NCBI GenBank assembly: GCA_040766225.1
Contig: JAXGQX010000007.1
Span: 10,446 to 74,445 of the forward strand
Source: Bacillota bacterium
GTDB lineage: Bacteria; Bacillota; Sulfobacillia; Fermentithermobacillales; Fermentithermobacillaceae
Length of the DNA stretch: 64,000 bases
Direction of reading: 5' to 3'
The position numbers and the translations under genes are program-made. This document shows, piece by piece, positions 33,349-43,969 of this stretch (its first letter is position 1; the number at the start of each line of letters is the position of its first letter). The notes under the pieces are model-generated. The model searched no databases, had not been told where the DNA came from, and worked only from the letters and a program-made list of their open reading frames with translations.

Positions 33349-34937
33349 AGCTCTTTGACGCGCTCTCAAGAACCTCTTCCGACCGGGTGCGGGGCATCGC
33401 CGCCTTCTACGGCATCCCGCCTACAAAACCGGGGGTGTCTGAGGAAAAGCCGGGACTTGATCTCTGCAAGAGAATTGCGGCCCACCTTGTGATTCCGGCC
33501 AACGCCCTGGTCGCCATGAACGGCCTAAACCAGGAGGAAATGCTCGCCCTTAGGCTTATCACCATCGCCTGTGGCGGACAAGGAGTAGTTGTCGAACAAT
33601 GCCATCAAAAGCTGAACCAGTTGTCCAGAAAGTGGCGGCGAAACGGGGCCAAGGTCATCGAGGCCTTGATTTCCAGGGGATTGGTTTTCACACGCAGGGA
33701 AGGATACCGCCACATTTACTACGTGGCTTCGGACCTGAGAGAAGTCTTGGCGAACTTCTTCCTGACAGACCTGTACAAATCCGCGACGGTAGATAACGCC
33801 CGGTTCTCGCCAAGGCGCCGGGGCGACATTGCCATGCCGTTAAGGCACATCTGCCTGTTTTTGTCATACCTTCGCAAGAACGATGTCCGGCTCACTCAAT
33901 CGGGTAGCGTTTTCAAGAAGGCCCAGAACGACATACAAGCCCTTATCGAAGAAGAAGCGGCGCCATTGGACGAGACTCTCTTTCCCGTACGCTATCCTCC
34001 CCGGCTGGCGTTTCTCCTGTATTTCGCCAAGTCCAAGGGCCTGGTGGAGGAAAGGAGCGGGTCCCTATGCATAGGCCAGAAAGCGTTCTCCTGGGTGGAG
34101 ACCTCCTACGAGTCTTGGCGAAGGGACCTATTCGAATACTGGCGCCAGACCTTCGTGGCGCAAGATACTGACCTTCAGACGCTCTTGTGGGTGATTATGA
34201 AGTCGCCGGAAGACTCCATCCTGTCTCTGGAATCCCTCTAAATGAGATGGACACCCTGTCGACCAACCATTCGTCCCACGGGCTCCAACTTACGAGTCGA
34301 GCGCAGCTTGGTTGACTTCCTGGAGTACTTAGGCGGGCTTGAGGTGGCGTCTTCGATTAACGGGCTTTTCCTGCACCCAACTCCTATAGGCAGGGCTCTG
34401 TTTGGGTCCTCGCCTTATCCGGAAGAACCTTTTGACCAGTTTGTTTACGTCCAGTCCAACTTCGAGGTCTTAGTGCCCTCCACTGTCGGCCCTCGGATTC
34501 TCTGGGCGGTGGACGCTTTTGCGGAGCTTCATAAGCAAGACCAGATGATGGTGTTCAAGCTCACTCGGAACTCGGTATACAGAGCTCTGCTTCTATCCCA
34601 CACTTCGGAAACCATCGCCAAGTTCCTGGACGAGCATTCCAAGAGCCCTGTCCCTCAAAACGTCGCGTATTCTATCGCCCATTGGGGGACGTCGTACGGT
34701 CGCATCGAGTTTGAGGAAGCCATATTGCTGAAATGCGACACCGCGGAGCTTGCGGATGAGCTGATGTTATCACCGAGGATCCGCCCTCACTTGAAGGGCA
34801 AGGTGGGACCGTGCTGTCTGGTGGTAAACAGGGCAGCCTATGATCAACTCATTTCCGCTCTGGCAGACGAGGGGTATATGCCGAAGATAAGCGCAAACCA
34901 GAGACTCGGTCAGGAAATGGCGGGGCAAACAGGCTAG
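33345..34937 (+). CDS. XPB-associated protein with C-terminal Helicase_C_3-like domain; compensated indel pair near 34237 and 34315
   Basis: The ATG at 33345 overlaps the XPB stop (ATGA). The track splits the gene at an apparent TAA (34239-34241), but both halves are in the same frame. The +2 frame between them reads a natural 'LNEMDTLSTNHSSHGLQLTSRAQL'. The C-terminus reads 'VYVQSNFEVLVP...MMVFKLTRNSVYRAL...IAKFLDEHSKSPVPQNVAYSIAHW'. Confidence 0.7.
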
Positions 34938-34938
34938 G

Positions 34939-35382
34939 TCAGATATCCCTTAGTGGACGCGCTAGAGGAAGATAGCGGCCCGTCTTCTGAGCCCCTTTGT
35001 CGTACTGGTTAACCCAGTAGAAGGACAGAACCAGGCCTCCGAACCCCAAGACAGTGCCCCATAGCACAGGGCTCCTCAGCATCCCGCCCAGAAACCACCC
35101 CAGCGCGAATCCACCAAACGCGCCTAGGAGCGGCACCAGGTAGACGATGAAGGACAGCTTCACATAGTCCTTGCCCTCCATCTCCAGTTCGACGAAGTCG
35201 CCCGGCGCGACGTCGCCAAGAGGAATGGCTTCCACAATAATGTCGTTGTCGTTTCCGAAAGATACGTGGGCGTGGGAACACTTGCCGCACCGTTCGCAAG
35301 CTTCCGTGCGTTTGACCGAGACTGTGATCCTTCCGCCTTCAACGGAGACGACTCTGCCGATCTCTCTCACTTTTGGCTCCAC
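34939..35382 (-). CDS. RseC/MucC-family (SoxR-reducing system) membrane protein
   Basis: 'GRVVSVEGGRITVSVKRTEACERCGKC' followed by two TM segments. 147 aa. Confidence 0.6.
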   Translation of the reverse strand: MEPKVREIGRVVSVEGGRITVSVKRTEACERCGKCSHAHVSFGNDNDIIVEAIPLGDVAPGDFVELEMEGKDYVKLSFIVYLVPLLGAFGGFALGWFLGGMLRSPVLWGTVLGFGGLVLSFYWVNQYDKGAQKTGRYLPLARPLRDI

Positions 35383-35389
35383 CCTTAGA

Positions 35390-36472
35390 CTAGAACAGAA
35401 TCTTGTGCCGGTTCCATCCTACATTGAGGACAAGTCCGACCGCAAACGAGTTTACCAGCAGGGCGGATCCGCCATGGCTCAAAAAGGGAGCGGGATCTCC
35501 CGTCACCGGCATTATCCCCATGGTCATGCCGAGGTTCACCACCAGATGGAACAAAAACATGGACAAGATACCCCCAGCGACCAGCGTCCCTTCCCGGTCA
35601 GATGCGGTCACGCAGGCGATAAGGCACCTAATGAGGATAATTAGGTAGAGCCCCAAGACCAAGAGAGTCTTGAAGAAGCCCAGTTCCTCGCCAACAACCG
35701 AGAAAATGAAGTCGGTATGCTGCTCCGGGATGAAGTCTAGGCGATTTTGCGTTCCTTGGCCCAGCCCCTTCCCCCACAACATGCCCGACCCTATGGCTAT
35801 TCTCGACTGAAGCACTTGGTACCCGGTTCCCAGCGGGTCTTCGTGCGGGTTAAAGAGAGTGGTAAGCCTCTTTATCTGGTAATCTTTGAGAGGAAGCGGC
35901 AATCCCGCGTAGCGGTTTAGGGCCAGAAGCAGAGCGAAGGCGAGCAGCGCCAAGAAGCCCAGTCTGAGAATCTTGTACCCCGGGGTCCCGCTGAAGTACA
36001 GCATGCCTGTACTCACTGCTACCAACACCAACGAAGTGCCCAGGTCCGGCTGTTTCATTATGAGGAGTAGGGGCGGAATCAGCCACCCGTAGTACAAGGC
36101 AAAATCCCAAAACGTCTCGGGCGGGTCTTCGGAGCGGGACAACATGCGCGCCCCAAACAATACGACAGCCACTTTCGCGATCTCGGAGGGCTGCAATGGG
36201 AATAGCCCCAGGTCTATCCACCTGGTTGCCCCGAGGACCTCTTCTCCGATGAACAGCACCAATACCAGCAGCGCCACGGATCCCCCAAAGATCCACGGCG
36301 AGATGTTGACCATGTCCCGGTAATTGATGAAAGTGCCCAGCAAAAGGGCAAACAGGGACAAGCCCACCAACACGGCCTGTTTCTTCATCCAGTAGTGTCC
36401 TCCGGACGAGTGGGTGGCGCTGTCTATCAAGGGAAGCGAGAGAACGTCCAAGATCAAGACGGCAATGAGCAA
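35390..36472 (-). CDS. rodA: SEDS-family rod-shape peptidoglycan polymerase RodA (FtsW/RodA family)
   Basis: 'QPSEIAKVAVVLFGA', 'PDLGT', 'LPEQHTDFIFSVVGEELG' and 'MGIMPVTGDPAPFLSHGGSALL'. The open frame continues upstream ('RIERRIVRHIDAYLL') to 36500 without a canonical start, so the start is uncertain. Confidence 0.85.
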   Translation of the reverse strand: MLIAVLILDVLSLPLIDSATHSSGGHYWMKKQAVLVGLSLFALLLGTFINYRDMVNISPWIFGGSVALLVLVLFIGEEVLGATRWIDLGLFPLQPSEIAKVAVVLFGARMLSRSEDPPETFWDFALYYGWLIPPLLLIMKQPDLGTSLVLVAVSTGMLYFSGTPGYKILRLGFLALLAFALLLALNRYAGLPLPLKDYQIKRLTTLFNPHEDPLGTGYQVLQSRIAIGSGMLWGKGLGQGTQNRLDFIPEQHTDFIFSVVGEELGFFKTLLVLGLYLIILIRCLIACVTASDREGTLVAGGILSMFLFHLVVNLGMTMGIMPVTGDPAPFLSHGGSALLVNSFAVGLVLNVGWNRHKILF

Positions 36473-36503
36473 ATAGGCGTCAATGTGCCGGACGATCCTG
36501 CGC

Positions 36504-36788
36504 TCAATACGGACGCTGGGCAGTTCTATCGTTTGAAGATACCCCTCTTTTTACCGATATGACCGGTATGCTTGCTACCAGTGCCCTCTTTCTGTCTATA
36601 TCCTTCCAGTTGAACTCTATGCCTGACCTGTCTATCTCTACGTACTTGGATATTGCCAGGATTACGTCGTCTCTCATCTGCTCCATGGTCTGGGGAGCCA
36701 CCGAGAGCCGGTCCTGCATCAAAACTAACCGAAGCCTGTCCTTTGCAACTTCTTTCGGAGCTTGTTTCCTCCCGAACCAGTTCAGCAC
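36504..36788 (-). CDS. minE: cell division topological specificity factor MinE
   Basis: 'KEVAKDRLRLVLMQDR' plus its position after minD. 94 aa. Confidence 0.85.
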   Translation of the reverse strand: MLNWFGRKQAPKEVAKDRLRLVLMQDRLSVAPQTMEQMRDDVILAISKYVEIDRSGIEFNWKDIDRKRALVASIPVISVKRGVSSNDRTAQRPY

Positions 36789-36799
36789 GGCTATCCCCC

Positions 36800-37609
36800 C
36801 TACCCCAACTTGACCATGCGCTTAAGCCTCTCCCACATGCTCTCTTTTTCTGTCAAATCCATGAAGGGAACTTGTTCGCCCATCAACCTGCGGGCGATGT
36901 TCCGGTACGCCTGCCCCGCTTTGGACGAGTCCAGAAGCACGGCGGGCTCGCCCTTGTTGGTGGAGACGACTATGTACTCATCGTCAGGAACTACCCCTAC
37001 CAAGTCGATTGCCAGGATATCCAGGATATCGGGGATATCCATCATGTCCCCTCTGGCAACCATCTTAGGTTTCAGACGATTGATGATAAGCTCGGGCTTA
37101 GCGAACCCCGCGGCCTCTAGAAGCCCCGTTATCCTGTCGGCGTCTCTAACCGCCGACACTTCAGGGGTAGTGACGATTATCGCAGTATCGGCGCCCGCGA
37201 TGGCGTTCTTGAACCCCTGTTCGATACCTGCGGGACAATCCACAAGGATGAAGTCATGCTCTTCCTTGAGGCTCATCATCAACTCCTTCATCTGGTCCGG
37301 GTTCACCGCGTTCTTGTCCTTTGTTTGTGCCGCCGGCAAAAGGAACAAACCGTCTATACGCTTGTCCTTGATAAGGGCCTGCCGAAGGCGACAGTAACCC
37401 TCCACAACGTCCACCAGATCATAAACGATCCTGTTTTCCAGTCCCATGACCACGTCTAGGTTTCGAAGGCCGATGTCGGCGTCCACCATAACCACCTTGC
37501 AGCCCAAACTTGCCAAGGCTACCCCCAAATTCGCGCATGTGGTGGTCTTGCCCACCCCGCCTTTACCTGACGTAATCACTATAGTCTCGCTCAACGCTCT
37601 CCCTCCCAT
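36800..37609 (-). CDS. minD: septum site-determining ATPase MinD
   Basis: 'IVITSGKGGVGKTTTCANLG' deviant Walker A. The start is either the ATG at 37609 or the TTG at 37594, which overlaps the minC stop. Confidence 0.93.
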   Translation of the reverse strand: MGGRALSETIVITSGKGGVGKTTTCANLGVALASLGCKVVMVDADIGLRNLDVVMGLENRIVYDLVDVVEGYCRLRQALIKDKRIDGLFLLPAAQTKDKNAVNPDQMKELMMSLKEEHDFILVDCPAGIEQGFKNAIAGADTAIIVTTPEVSAVRDADRITGLLEAAGFAKPELIINRLKPKMVARGDMMDIPDILDILAIDLVGVVPDDEYIVVSTNKGEPAVLLDSSKAGQAYRNIARRLMGEQVPFMDLTEKESMWERLKRMVKLG

Positions 37610-38325
37610 CGGGTACCCTCCAACGGTTCAACGACAATCATGCCATCCCTAAGCCGCGCCACCTCGGGCTCTCTGGCCACTCCGGCGCCTCCCTCCGGCG
37701 GACGGCCTATTATGTCCGCTATTCGCAACTGAGTCGGGGCCAAAACGAAAGCCACCACCGCCACTTGTGTATCGCCGGATGCGCCGGCATGGGCAAGGCC
37801 CCTTAAGGAACCCATAACCGCGATATCGCCGGTAGCCCTGACCTCCGCTCCCGGATTGACATCTCCTACAATCACAACGTTGCCTTCATGGGCTATGCGT
37901 TGCCCTGAACGCAAGGTGCCCCGGTACAGTAAGGTCTCAGGCAGGGGGCCATAGGAAACTGCCCTGGCAAAAGGCCCCGGTGACTCCTCCTTTGGCTGTT
38001 CTCGGACCTTCGCCCTTTCTTGCCTCTTAGGTTTAGCTTTAGGCTCCTTTTCCTTTGGGGCCTGTCCAGCATCGGCCCGCACAACCCTCTTTAGTCTCAG
38101 CCCGTAAGGGTAGGCGAGAATCTGCTGGATCTCCAAAACTTGTTCCAGGGAAAACGCCGTTTCGCCTGTATCGAGAATAACGTCGGATCCTTGGAAAAAG
38201 AACTCTGCGCTTTTCAATCGCTCGGAGAGCACCTCTTTGAGCACACTAAAGTCTTGGCTCCCATTGAGCGTGAGGTACAGGCCTTCTTTTGCTCCTTTGA
38301 AAGAGACATCTTGCTTGTCTGCCAC
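37591..38325 (-). CDS. minC: septum site-determining protein MinC
   Basis: C-terminal beta-helix 'GTLRSGQRIAHEGNVVIVGDVNPGAEVRATGDIAVMGSLRGLAHAG'. Confidence 0.88.
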   Translation of the reverse strand: MADKQDVSFKGAKEGLYLTLNGSQDFSVLKEVLSERLKSAEFFFQGSDVILDTGETAFSLEQVLEIQQILAYPYGLRLKRVVRADAGQAPKEKEPKAKPKRQERAKVREQPKEESPGPFARAVSYGPLPETLLYRGTLRSGQRIAHEGNVVIVGDVNPGAEVRATGDIAVMGSLRGLAHAGASGDTQVAVVAFVLAPTQLRIADIIGRPPEGGAGVAREPEVARLRDGMIVVEPLEGTRWEGER

Positions 38326-38351
38326 GTTCTACACCTCCGCCTGCGCAGAAG

Positions 38352-40184
38352 TCATGGAGTAACTGTTTCCGTCAGTTCCTCGGCGAAGTAGGAATCAAAC
38401 ACGGCTCTGGCAATCGGAGCGGCAACCGCTGATCCGCCGCCGCCCTGGTCCACCACGACCGCCACGGCGATTTCCGGATCTTCGTAAGGTCCAAACCCGA
38501 CAAACCAAGCATGACTCTCTCCCAGAGGATTCTCTGCGGTACCGGTTTTCCCTGCCACTTTGATGGGCAGGTCCCAAAACGCCCAGTAAGCGGTGCCATC
38601 AGGCGAAGAGGTTACCTCTAGCATACCCTTCTTCACGGTATCAAGCACCGACCGGTCTACTTGCAGCACGCCGTTGACCTCAGCCGGGAACTCGGCGACC
38701 AGATTGCCGTTAGCGTCCAGCACTTTTTCAGCCAGACGGGGCTTCATCCGAACGCCGTTGTTGGCTATCGCCTGGGTGACCGACGCCATCTGGATCGGTG
38801 TGTCCAGATGAAACACCTGCCCCATAGCGGCCATCATGTGTTCGGCGAACAGGACCTCAGGTTGGGCGACCCGGCCATCCGCGTACGCGGAGGCCTTCCA
38901 CTCTGATGATGGTACGGTCCCATAGTTCTCGCCCAAGAGGTCTATTCCGGTCTTTGAGCCTAGTCCCAGCGCCTGGGCGTACTTGGCCATAGCGTCTACT
39001 CCAAGCCTGCGGCCCATTTCATAGAAATACACATTACACGAATATTTGAGCGCACTTACCATATTGACCGACCCGTGACCTCCTGCCTTATGGCACGGCA
39101 GGGAGGGGACCATGGGATGGTATCCCGGGTCATACACGGTTTCCTGGGGAGTGACGGCTCCTTCCGCCAAGGCGGCGATGGCAGAGACTATCTTGTACGT
39201 CGAACCGGGCGGATACAGTCCCGTCGTGGCTAGGTTGGCGAATCGCCACTGGTTGGTTTCCAGCAACTCGTTTAGTTCCGCTTGAGATATTCCGATCACC
39301 AAACGGTTGGCGTCAAACCCCGGATAGGAGACCATCGCCCTGACTCCGCCGGTCTTAACGTCAAGCACCACTACTGAGACTGCTTTCGCCTTAGGACGTT
39401 CCCTAAGCGTGTTCCTCGCGGCCTCTTCCGCGGCAGCCTGCACCTTTTTGTCTAGAAACAGGAAGAGGTCATTGCCCGGCGTGGGCTCTATCCCCGCGCC
39501 CACGTTTCCCGTGGGGCGTCCTCTGTAGTCCACTTCGACCTGGTATCCGCCGTCCTCCCCCCGGAGATAGTCCTCATAGTACGACTCAAGACCCTGCTGC
39601 CCGATGGTGTCTCCTATGGTGTAGTCGGCCCAGCGCAAGTCTTTGAGCTGTTCGGCGGTTATCTCGCTCACGTAGCCCAAGACCGGCGCAGCCAGCTCGT
39701 TGCCTGGGTAGTACCTGATAGGCTCGGCTTCAATGAAGACCCCGGGCAGGTTTGGAGCGTCTTCAACTATTGCCGTGTACTGTTCGGGAGTGATGTCCCT
39801 GGCTATGGGAATCGGCTCAAAGTATCTGCCGGCGTACTTGGACACCTGTTTCTCTGCCTCAGATAGGTCTATCCCCAGAATCGAACAAAGCCGGGGAAGA
39901 GTCTCTTCGGCTCTTTCGGCGTCCAAGTACCAATAAAAAGCCGAGAAAGACGGTCTGGAGGTCACAAGAGTCTCCCCGTTTGCGTCGAAAATGTTGCCTC
40001 TTGGCGCAGGAATGGGCGTAATGCGCATGTAGTTTTCCTCGGACAAGGACAAGTATCTTTCCCCGCTTAACACTTGCAGGTTGAACAACTGACCGATCAT
40101 GACCAGAAACACGGCGCCTATGATGATGAGGAACGCGTCTCGTCTTCCCTTAAGTTCCGGAAGAGGCAGGTTGCTCACGCCCAC
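38352..40184 (-). CDS. mrdA: penicillin-binding protein 2 (elongasome transpeptidase)
   Basis: 'PPGSTYKIV' (SxxK), 'SCN' and 'AGKTGTAE'. An N-terminal TM segment is present. 610 aa. Confidence 0.9.
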   Translation of the reverse strand: MGVSNLPLPELKGRRDAFLIIIGAVFLVMIGQLFNLQVLSGERYLSLSEENYMRITPIPAPRGNIFDANGETLVTSRPSFSAFYWYLDAERAEETLPRLCSILGIDLSEAEKQVSKYAGRYFEPIPIARDITPEQYTAIVEDAPNLPGVFIEAEPIRYYPGNELAAPVLGYVSEITAEQLKDLRWADYTIGDTIGQQGLESYYEDYLRGEDGGYQVEVDYRGRPTGNVGAGIEPTPGNDLFLFLDKKVQAAAEEAARNTLRERPKAKAVSVVVLDVKTGGVRAMVSYPGFDANRLVIGISQAELNELLETNQWRFANLATTGLYPPGSTYKIVSAIAALAEGAVTPQETVYDPGYHPMVPSLPCHKAGGHGSVNMVSALKYSCNVYFYEMGRRLGVDAMAKYAQALGLGSKTGIDLLGENYGTVPSSEWKASAYADGRVAQPEVLFAEHMMAAMGQVFHLDTPIQMASVTQAIANNGVRMKPRLAEKVLDANGNLVAEFPAEVNGVLQVDRSVLDTVKKGMLEVTSSPDGTAYWAFWDLPIKVAGKTGTAENPLGESHAWFVGFGPYEDPEIAVAVVVDQGGGGSAVAAPIARAVFDSYFAEELTETVTP

Positions 40185-40705
40185 GCCCTCCTATCCGGCT
40201 CGTCGTCACCGGGAATAACCGCCAACAACACATTGACGGCCCTCTTCATCAAGAACCCTGTGGGAAGCACTAACCCGACCGACCAAGCCAGGGAGTAGCA
40301 GATAACCGTCCTAAAATGGCTAAGGCTGATCGAGATTCCCATAAGTCGCACGAGCCCGTAACCGGCCAGGTCTCCGGCCAAGTTGCCCAAGAACGTAATG
40401 AGGATTCTGGAGTGAATAGCGTCCGGAGACAAGAACCTGCGAAGCAAGGAGGCTGTCCCGGCAGCTATTGCCAAGGATACGGCGCGAGCGCCCGGCACCC
40501 TCATTGTGGTGAGGTCCTCCAGCAATCCCACGAGGAAACCACCGGGAAGCGCAACCCACACGCCCGACCCGAGGCCAACGATAATGGCCAAGATCATGAG
40601 CAAATCGGGTCTATTGGTAGCGGGAAAGACCGAGAACTCCAGCGCTTTGAAGACAGGAGTCAAGACCAACGCCAGGAGGCAAGTAGTGAGCTCTCGTCGG
40701 GTCAT
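40175..40705 (-). CDS. mreD: rod shape-determining protein MreD
   Basis: A 176-aa polytopic membrane protein lying between mreC and mrdA. Confidence 0.75.
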   Translation of the reverse strand: MTRRELTTCLLALVLTPVFKALEFSVFPATNRPDLLMILAIIVGLGSGVWVALPGGFLVGLLEDLTTMRVPGARAVSLAIAAGTASLLRRFLSPDAIHSRILITFLGNLAGDLAGYGLVRLMGISISLSHFRTVICYSLAWSVGLVLPTGFLMKRAVNVLLAVIPGDDEPDRRAWA

Positions 40706-41514
40706 GGAAGGACCACCATGACTTCCTCCAAGTGCTCCAGGTCTGTCGCTGGCAAGACCACAGCTTCTCTTACCAATCCCGGCTGTGGGACGTAGACGGA
40801 GGCCACCTCCCCGATAAGCATTCCCGCAGGATACTTGCTGCCCACTCCGGAGGTCATTACCTTGTCACCCGGTTTCACGTCGGTATCCTTGGAAAAGAGC
40901 CGGAACAAGAGGGTAGTCGGACCATTCCCGCCCAAGACAACCCCGTAATCCCTGGAGCGTTCTACCAAGGCGCCGACACCGCTTTCGGGATCGGTGATGA
41001 GAAGAACGGTGGAGTAGTGGTCTTCCGTGGATATCACCCTACCTACAAGACCGCTCCTGGATACCACGGCGCAATCCACAGAGACCCCGTCAAGGGTGCC
41101 TTTCGAGATGCCTATTGTGGAAAACCACTTTGAAGGGTTCCGTCCTACAACTTTGGCGACCTCATACTTACCCGGGGAGGCCTCTATGAAGTCTAGGAGG
41201 TCTCTTAGACGTTCGTTCTCGCTCTTTACTTCGGCAAGCTCGGCCTTAATGGCTTCGATGGCTCCGAGTTCTGCCAGAAGGCGCTCGTTCTCTTCCATGA
41301 GGGCCAGCTTGTCCTGAAACGCCGAGGTCCAGGCCACGTAGCGCTCCGAAACCGCCGAAAAGGCTCGGAAAAAGGGGCTCCCCAAGCGATATAGGAGAGA
41401 CTCCCAAAAAGAAGGCCCTTCCGAGGGCTTTCCCGTCAGGTTCATTAGGAAGACTGAGGCAGCGACCAACAATGCCAAAGTTATTATCTTCTTGTACGGA
41501 AACTGCCGCCTCAC
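40702..41514 (-). CDS. mreC: rod shape-determining protein MreC
   Basis: Coiled-coil 'LMEENERLLAELGAIEAIKAELAEVKSENERLRDLL', then 'VVSRSGLVGRV' and 'GDKVMTSGVGSKYPAGMLIGEV'. Confidence 0.88.
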   Translation of the reverse strand: MRRQFPYKKIITLALLVAASVFLMNLTGKPSEGPSFWESLLYRLGSPFFRAFSAVSERYVAWTSAFQDKLALMEENERLLAELGAIEAIKAELAEVKSENERLRDLLDFIEASPGKYEVAKVVGRNPSKWFSTIGISKGTLDGVSVDCAVVSRSGLVGRVISTEDHYSTVLLITDPESGVGALVERSRDYGVVLGGNGPTTLLFRLFSKDTDVKPGDKVMTSGVGSKYPAGMLIGEVASVYVPQPGLVREAVVLPATDLEHLEEVMVVLP

Positions 41515-41541
41515 GTCTCCCCATCCTTTGCGTTTCTGGTC

Positions 41542-42576
41542 TTATTGCTTCGCCCGTCGAGACGACGCCAGGACCTTGCGAAGCATGCCCTGGTCCTCCA
41601 ACATGGCGCCCGTCCCTCTCGCGACAGCTCCCAGCGGAGTGTCAACTATGTGCACCGGCATGCCGGTTTCCTGTGAAACCAGCCGGTCAAGCCCTTGGAG
41701 CATGGAACCTCCGCCGGACATGACGATACCCCGGTCCATGATATCGGCGGCCAACTCGGGCGGAGTCCGCTCCAAGGTTTCCTTGATGGCTTCAATTATG
41801 GCGCTGACAGGCTCAGACAATGCCTTGCGTATCTCCTTGGAGTCTACTGTGATCGTCCTCGGAAGACCTGTGACCAAGTCCCGTCCCCTGATTTCTGAGG
41901 ATAGCTCCTCATCGAGGTCAAACGCCGAGCCTATTGTCATCTTGACGTCCTCGGCGGTCCTTTCGCCTATAAGCAGGTTATACGCCTTCTTCACGTAGTT
42001 CACCACGGCCTCGTCCATCTCGTCACCTGCCACCCTGATGGACCGGGAGGTGACTATGCCTTCCAGAGAGATGACCGCGACCTCGCAGGTGCCTCCCCCG
42101 ATATCCACGATCATGTTGCCTGTGGGCTCGCCCACCGGGAGACCGGCGCCGACGGCTGCTGCCATCGGTTCGGGAACCGTCTCGGCGTCGCGGGCGCCCG
42201 CGGACTCCGCCGCGTCGATAACGGCCCTGCGTTCGACTTCGGTGCAGCCAGATGGGACGGCTACCAAAACAAAGGGCTTCAAGATACGCCGTTTCTGAGC
42301 CTTGCGGATGAAATGGCGCATCATCGCCTGGGTTATATCAAAGTCGGCAATTACTCCATCTTTCATAGGGCGAACGGCTATGATGTTGCCCGGGGTGCGG
42401 CCTATCATCTGCTTGGCCTCTTTGCCGACGGCCAAAACTTCTTTTGAGTCTGCGTTGATAGCCACTACCGACGGTTCCATCAGGACTATTCCTTTGCCCC
42501 TGACGTGGACCAATGTGTTGGCGGTCCCGAGGTCGATACCGATGTCCCTGCTGAGGTAGTTGTAGAGCAACTGCAC
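41542..42576 (-). CDS. mreB: rod shape-determining actin-like protein MreB
   Basis: '[14 protein letters not shown]' and '[14 protein letters not shown]'. The GTG at 42576, 7 nt after AAAGGAGAG, is preferred over the track start at 42603. Confidence 0.93.
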   Translation of the reverse strand: MQLLYNYLSRDIGIDLGTANTLVHVRGKGIVLMEPSVVAINADSKEVLAVGKEAKQMIGRTPGNIIAVRPMKDGVIADFDITQAMMRHFIRKAQKRRILKPFVLVAVPSGCTEVERRAVIDAAESAGARDAETVPEPMAAAVGAGLPVGEPTGNMIVDIGGGTCEVAVISLEGIVTSRSIRVAGDEMDEAVVNYVKKAYNLLIGERTAEDVKMTIGSAFDLDEELSSEIRGRDLVTGLPRTITVDSKEIRKALSEPVSAIIEAIKETLERTPPELAADIMDRGIVMSGGGSMLQGLDRLVSQETGMPVHIVDTPLGAVARGTGAMLEDQGMLRKVLASSRRAKQ

Positions 42577-42610
42577 CGTACACACTCTCCTTTGAACGTT
42601 CAATTAGACC

Positions 42611-43369
42611 CTATACCGAGAAATAGCCGGGACACGATTCCCTCATGCTGTAGTACTTGCCCCTGGCCACAACAACGTGGTCAAGCACGTGGATTCCCAG
42701 GAGCTTTCCCGCTTCTACCAACCGCCTCGTAATATCCATGTCTTCTTCGCTTGGATCCGGATCCCCACTTGGATGGTTGTGGACGAGGATAATCGCCGCC
42801 GCGCTCTTCTTGATGCAACACTTGAATATCTCTCGCGGATGGACTATCGCCGCATCCAAACTACCCACAGATACAAGGTCCTTCCCCGTTATCTGGTTCC
42901 TTGAATTAAGGGTCAGGATCCAAAAATGTTCTCTGTCCAGCGTCTCAGCCTCGAGCCTTATGTACTCGAACACTTCTCTCCCTCTCGTGACTGAAAAACG
43001 CTTTTCTACGCCTTGCTGGTTCAATCGACGCCCGATCTCTACGGCCGCGGCCAGCCTGGCAGCCTTGGCCGGGCCAACTCCGGCGATCCCCTTGAGTTCA
43101 TCCGGGGACCACTTCAACAGGAACCCCAAACTCGTTCCGTATTGGTTTTCGCTTTGGGCCAGTATCCTTTGGGCGACCCCCAATGCCGTCTCGGATGAAT
43201 TGCCGGTACCCAACAAAATGGCAACCACTTCCGCATCGGAGAGATACTGGGCCCCGAGCCGCTCCAACCTCTCGCGAGGTTTGTCCTGTTCAGGCCAATC
43301 CCTGATTGTCAATCGCTCATGTGTTATCGGGAACTCCTCCTGTGCCGCGCCCCCTCGCAGCCGGCACAC
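42611..43369 (-). CDS. radC: RadC-family JAB-domain protein
   Basis: 'KPRERLERLGAQYLSDAEVVAILLGTG' and 'HNHPSGDPDPSEEDMDITRRL' (JAMM). The exact start is uncertain. Confidence 0.85.
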   Translation of the reverse strand: MCRLRGGAAQEEFPITHERLTIRDWPEQDKPRERLERLGAQYLSDAEVVAILLGTGNSSETALGVAQRILAQSENQYGTSLGFLLKWSPDELKGIAGVGPAKAARLAAAVEIGRRLNQQGVEKRFSVTRGREVFEYIRLEAETLDREHFWILTLNSRNQITGKDLVSVGSLDAAIVHPREIFKCCIKKSAAAIILVHNHPSGDPDPSEEDMDITRRLVEAGKLLGIHVLDHVVVARGKYYSMRESCPGYFSV

Positions 43370-43372
43370 CCG

Positions 43373-43921
43373 TTATGGGCTCGTGAGGTCCGTGATCCTT
43401 ACCCCGGCTTCCTTCAGAAGGTCTAGGACCTTGGGAAGCGGAAGTCCGATCACCCCTGTGTAATCGCCCTCAATCCTCTCAATAAGAAAAGCGCCGGCGC
43501 CCTGCAGAGCGTAAGCTCCGGCTTTGTCCATAGGCTCGCCGGTATGGACGTACCAATCGATGTCCGCCTCTTCCAGAACTCGCATTTTCACCGCTGTGCG
43601 ATCATAGGCGGTTTTCGTGGTCTTAGTCCTGGGATCGTAAAGTGCGACTCCTGTGTAGACCGTATGAGATTTGCCTGATAGCATCCTCAACATGTCTTTT
43701 GCTTCAGTCTCGTCTTGGGGCTTACCCAAGACCTCGTCTCCTACATAGACCACAGTATCGGCTCCCAAAACAAAGTCCTTTGGATACAAGTCCGTCACGG
43801 CACTAACTTTCATCTTTGCCAGACTCATAACCAAATGCTCTGGACGAAGACCTTCTCTGTCCAGATCCTCGTTAACATTTGACGGCACCACCGTGGGTAC
43901 AATGCCCACACCTAAAAGCAA
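43373..43921 (-). CDS. maf: Maf-family nucleoside-triphosphate pyrophosphatase / septum formation protein
   Basis: 'VLGADTVVYVGDEVLGKP', 'GKSHTVYTGVAL' and 'GAYALQGAGAFLIERIEGDYTGVIGLPL'. The conserved N-terminus 'ILIRLVLASESSRRRSLL' lies in-frame upstream (to 43969) but has no canonical start codon. Confidence 0.88.
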   Translation of the reverse strand: MLLGVGIVPTVVPSNVNEDLDREGLRPEHLVMSLAKMKVSAVTDLYPKDFVLGADTVVYVGDEVLGKPQDETEAKDMLRMLSGKSHTVYTGVALYDPRTKTTKTAYDRTAVKMRVLEEADIDWYVHTGEPMDKAGAYALQGAGAFLIERIEGDYTGVIGLPLPKVLDLLKEAGVRITDLTSP

Positions 43922-43969
43922 AGACCGACGCCTAGAAGACTCCGAGGCAAGTACAAGTCTTATGAGAAT

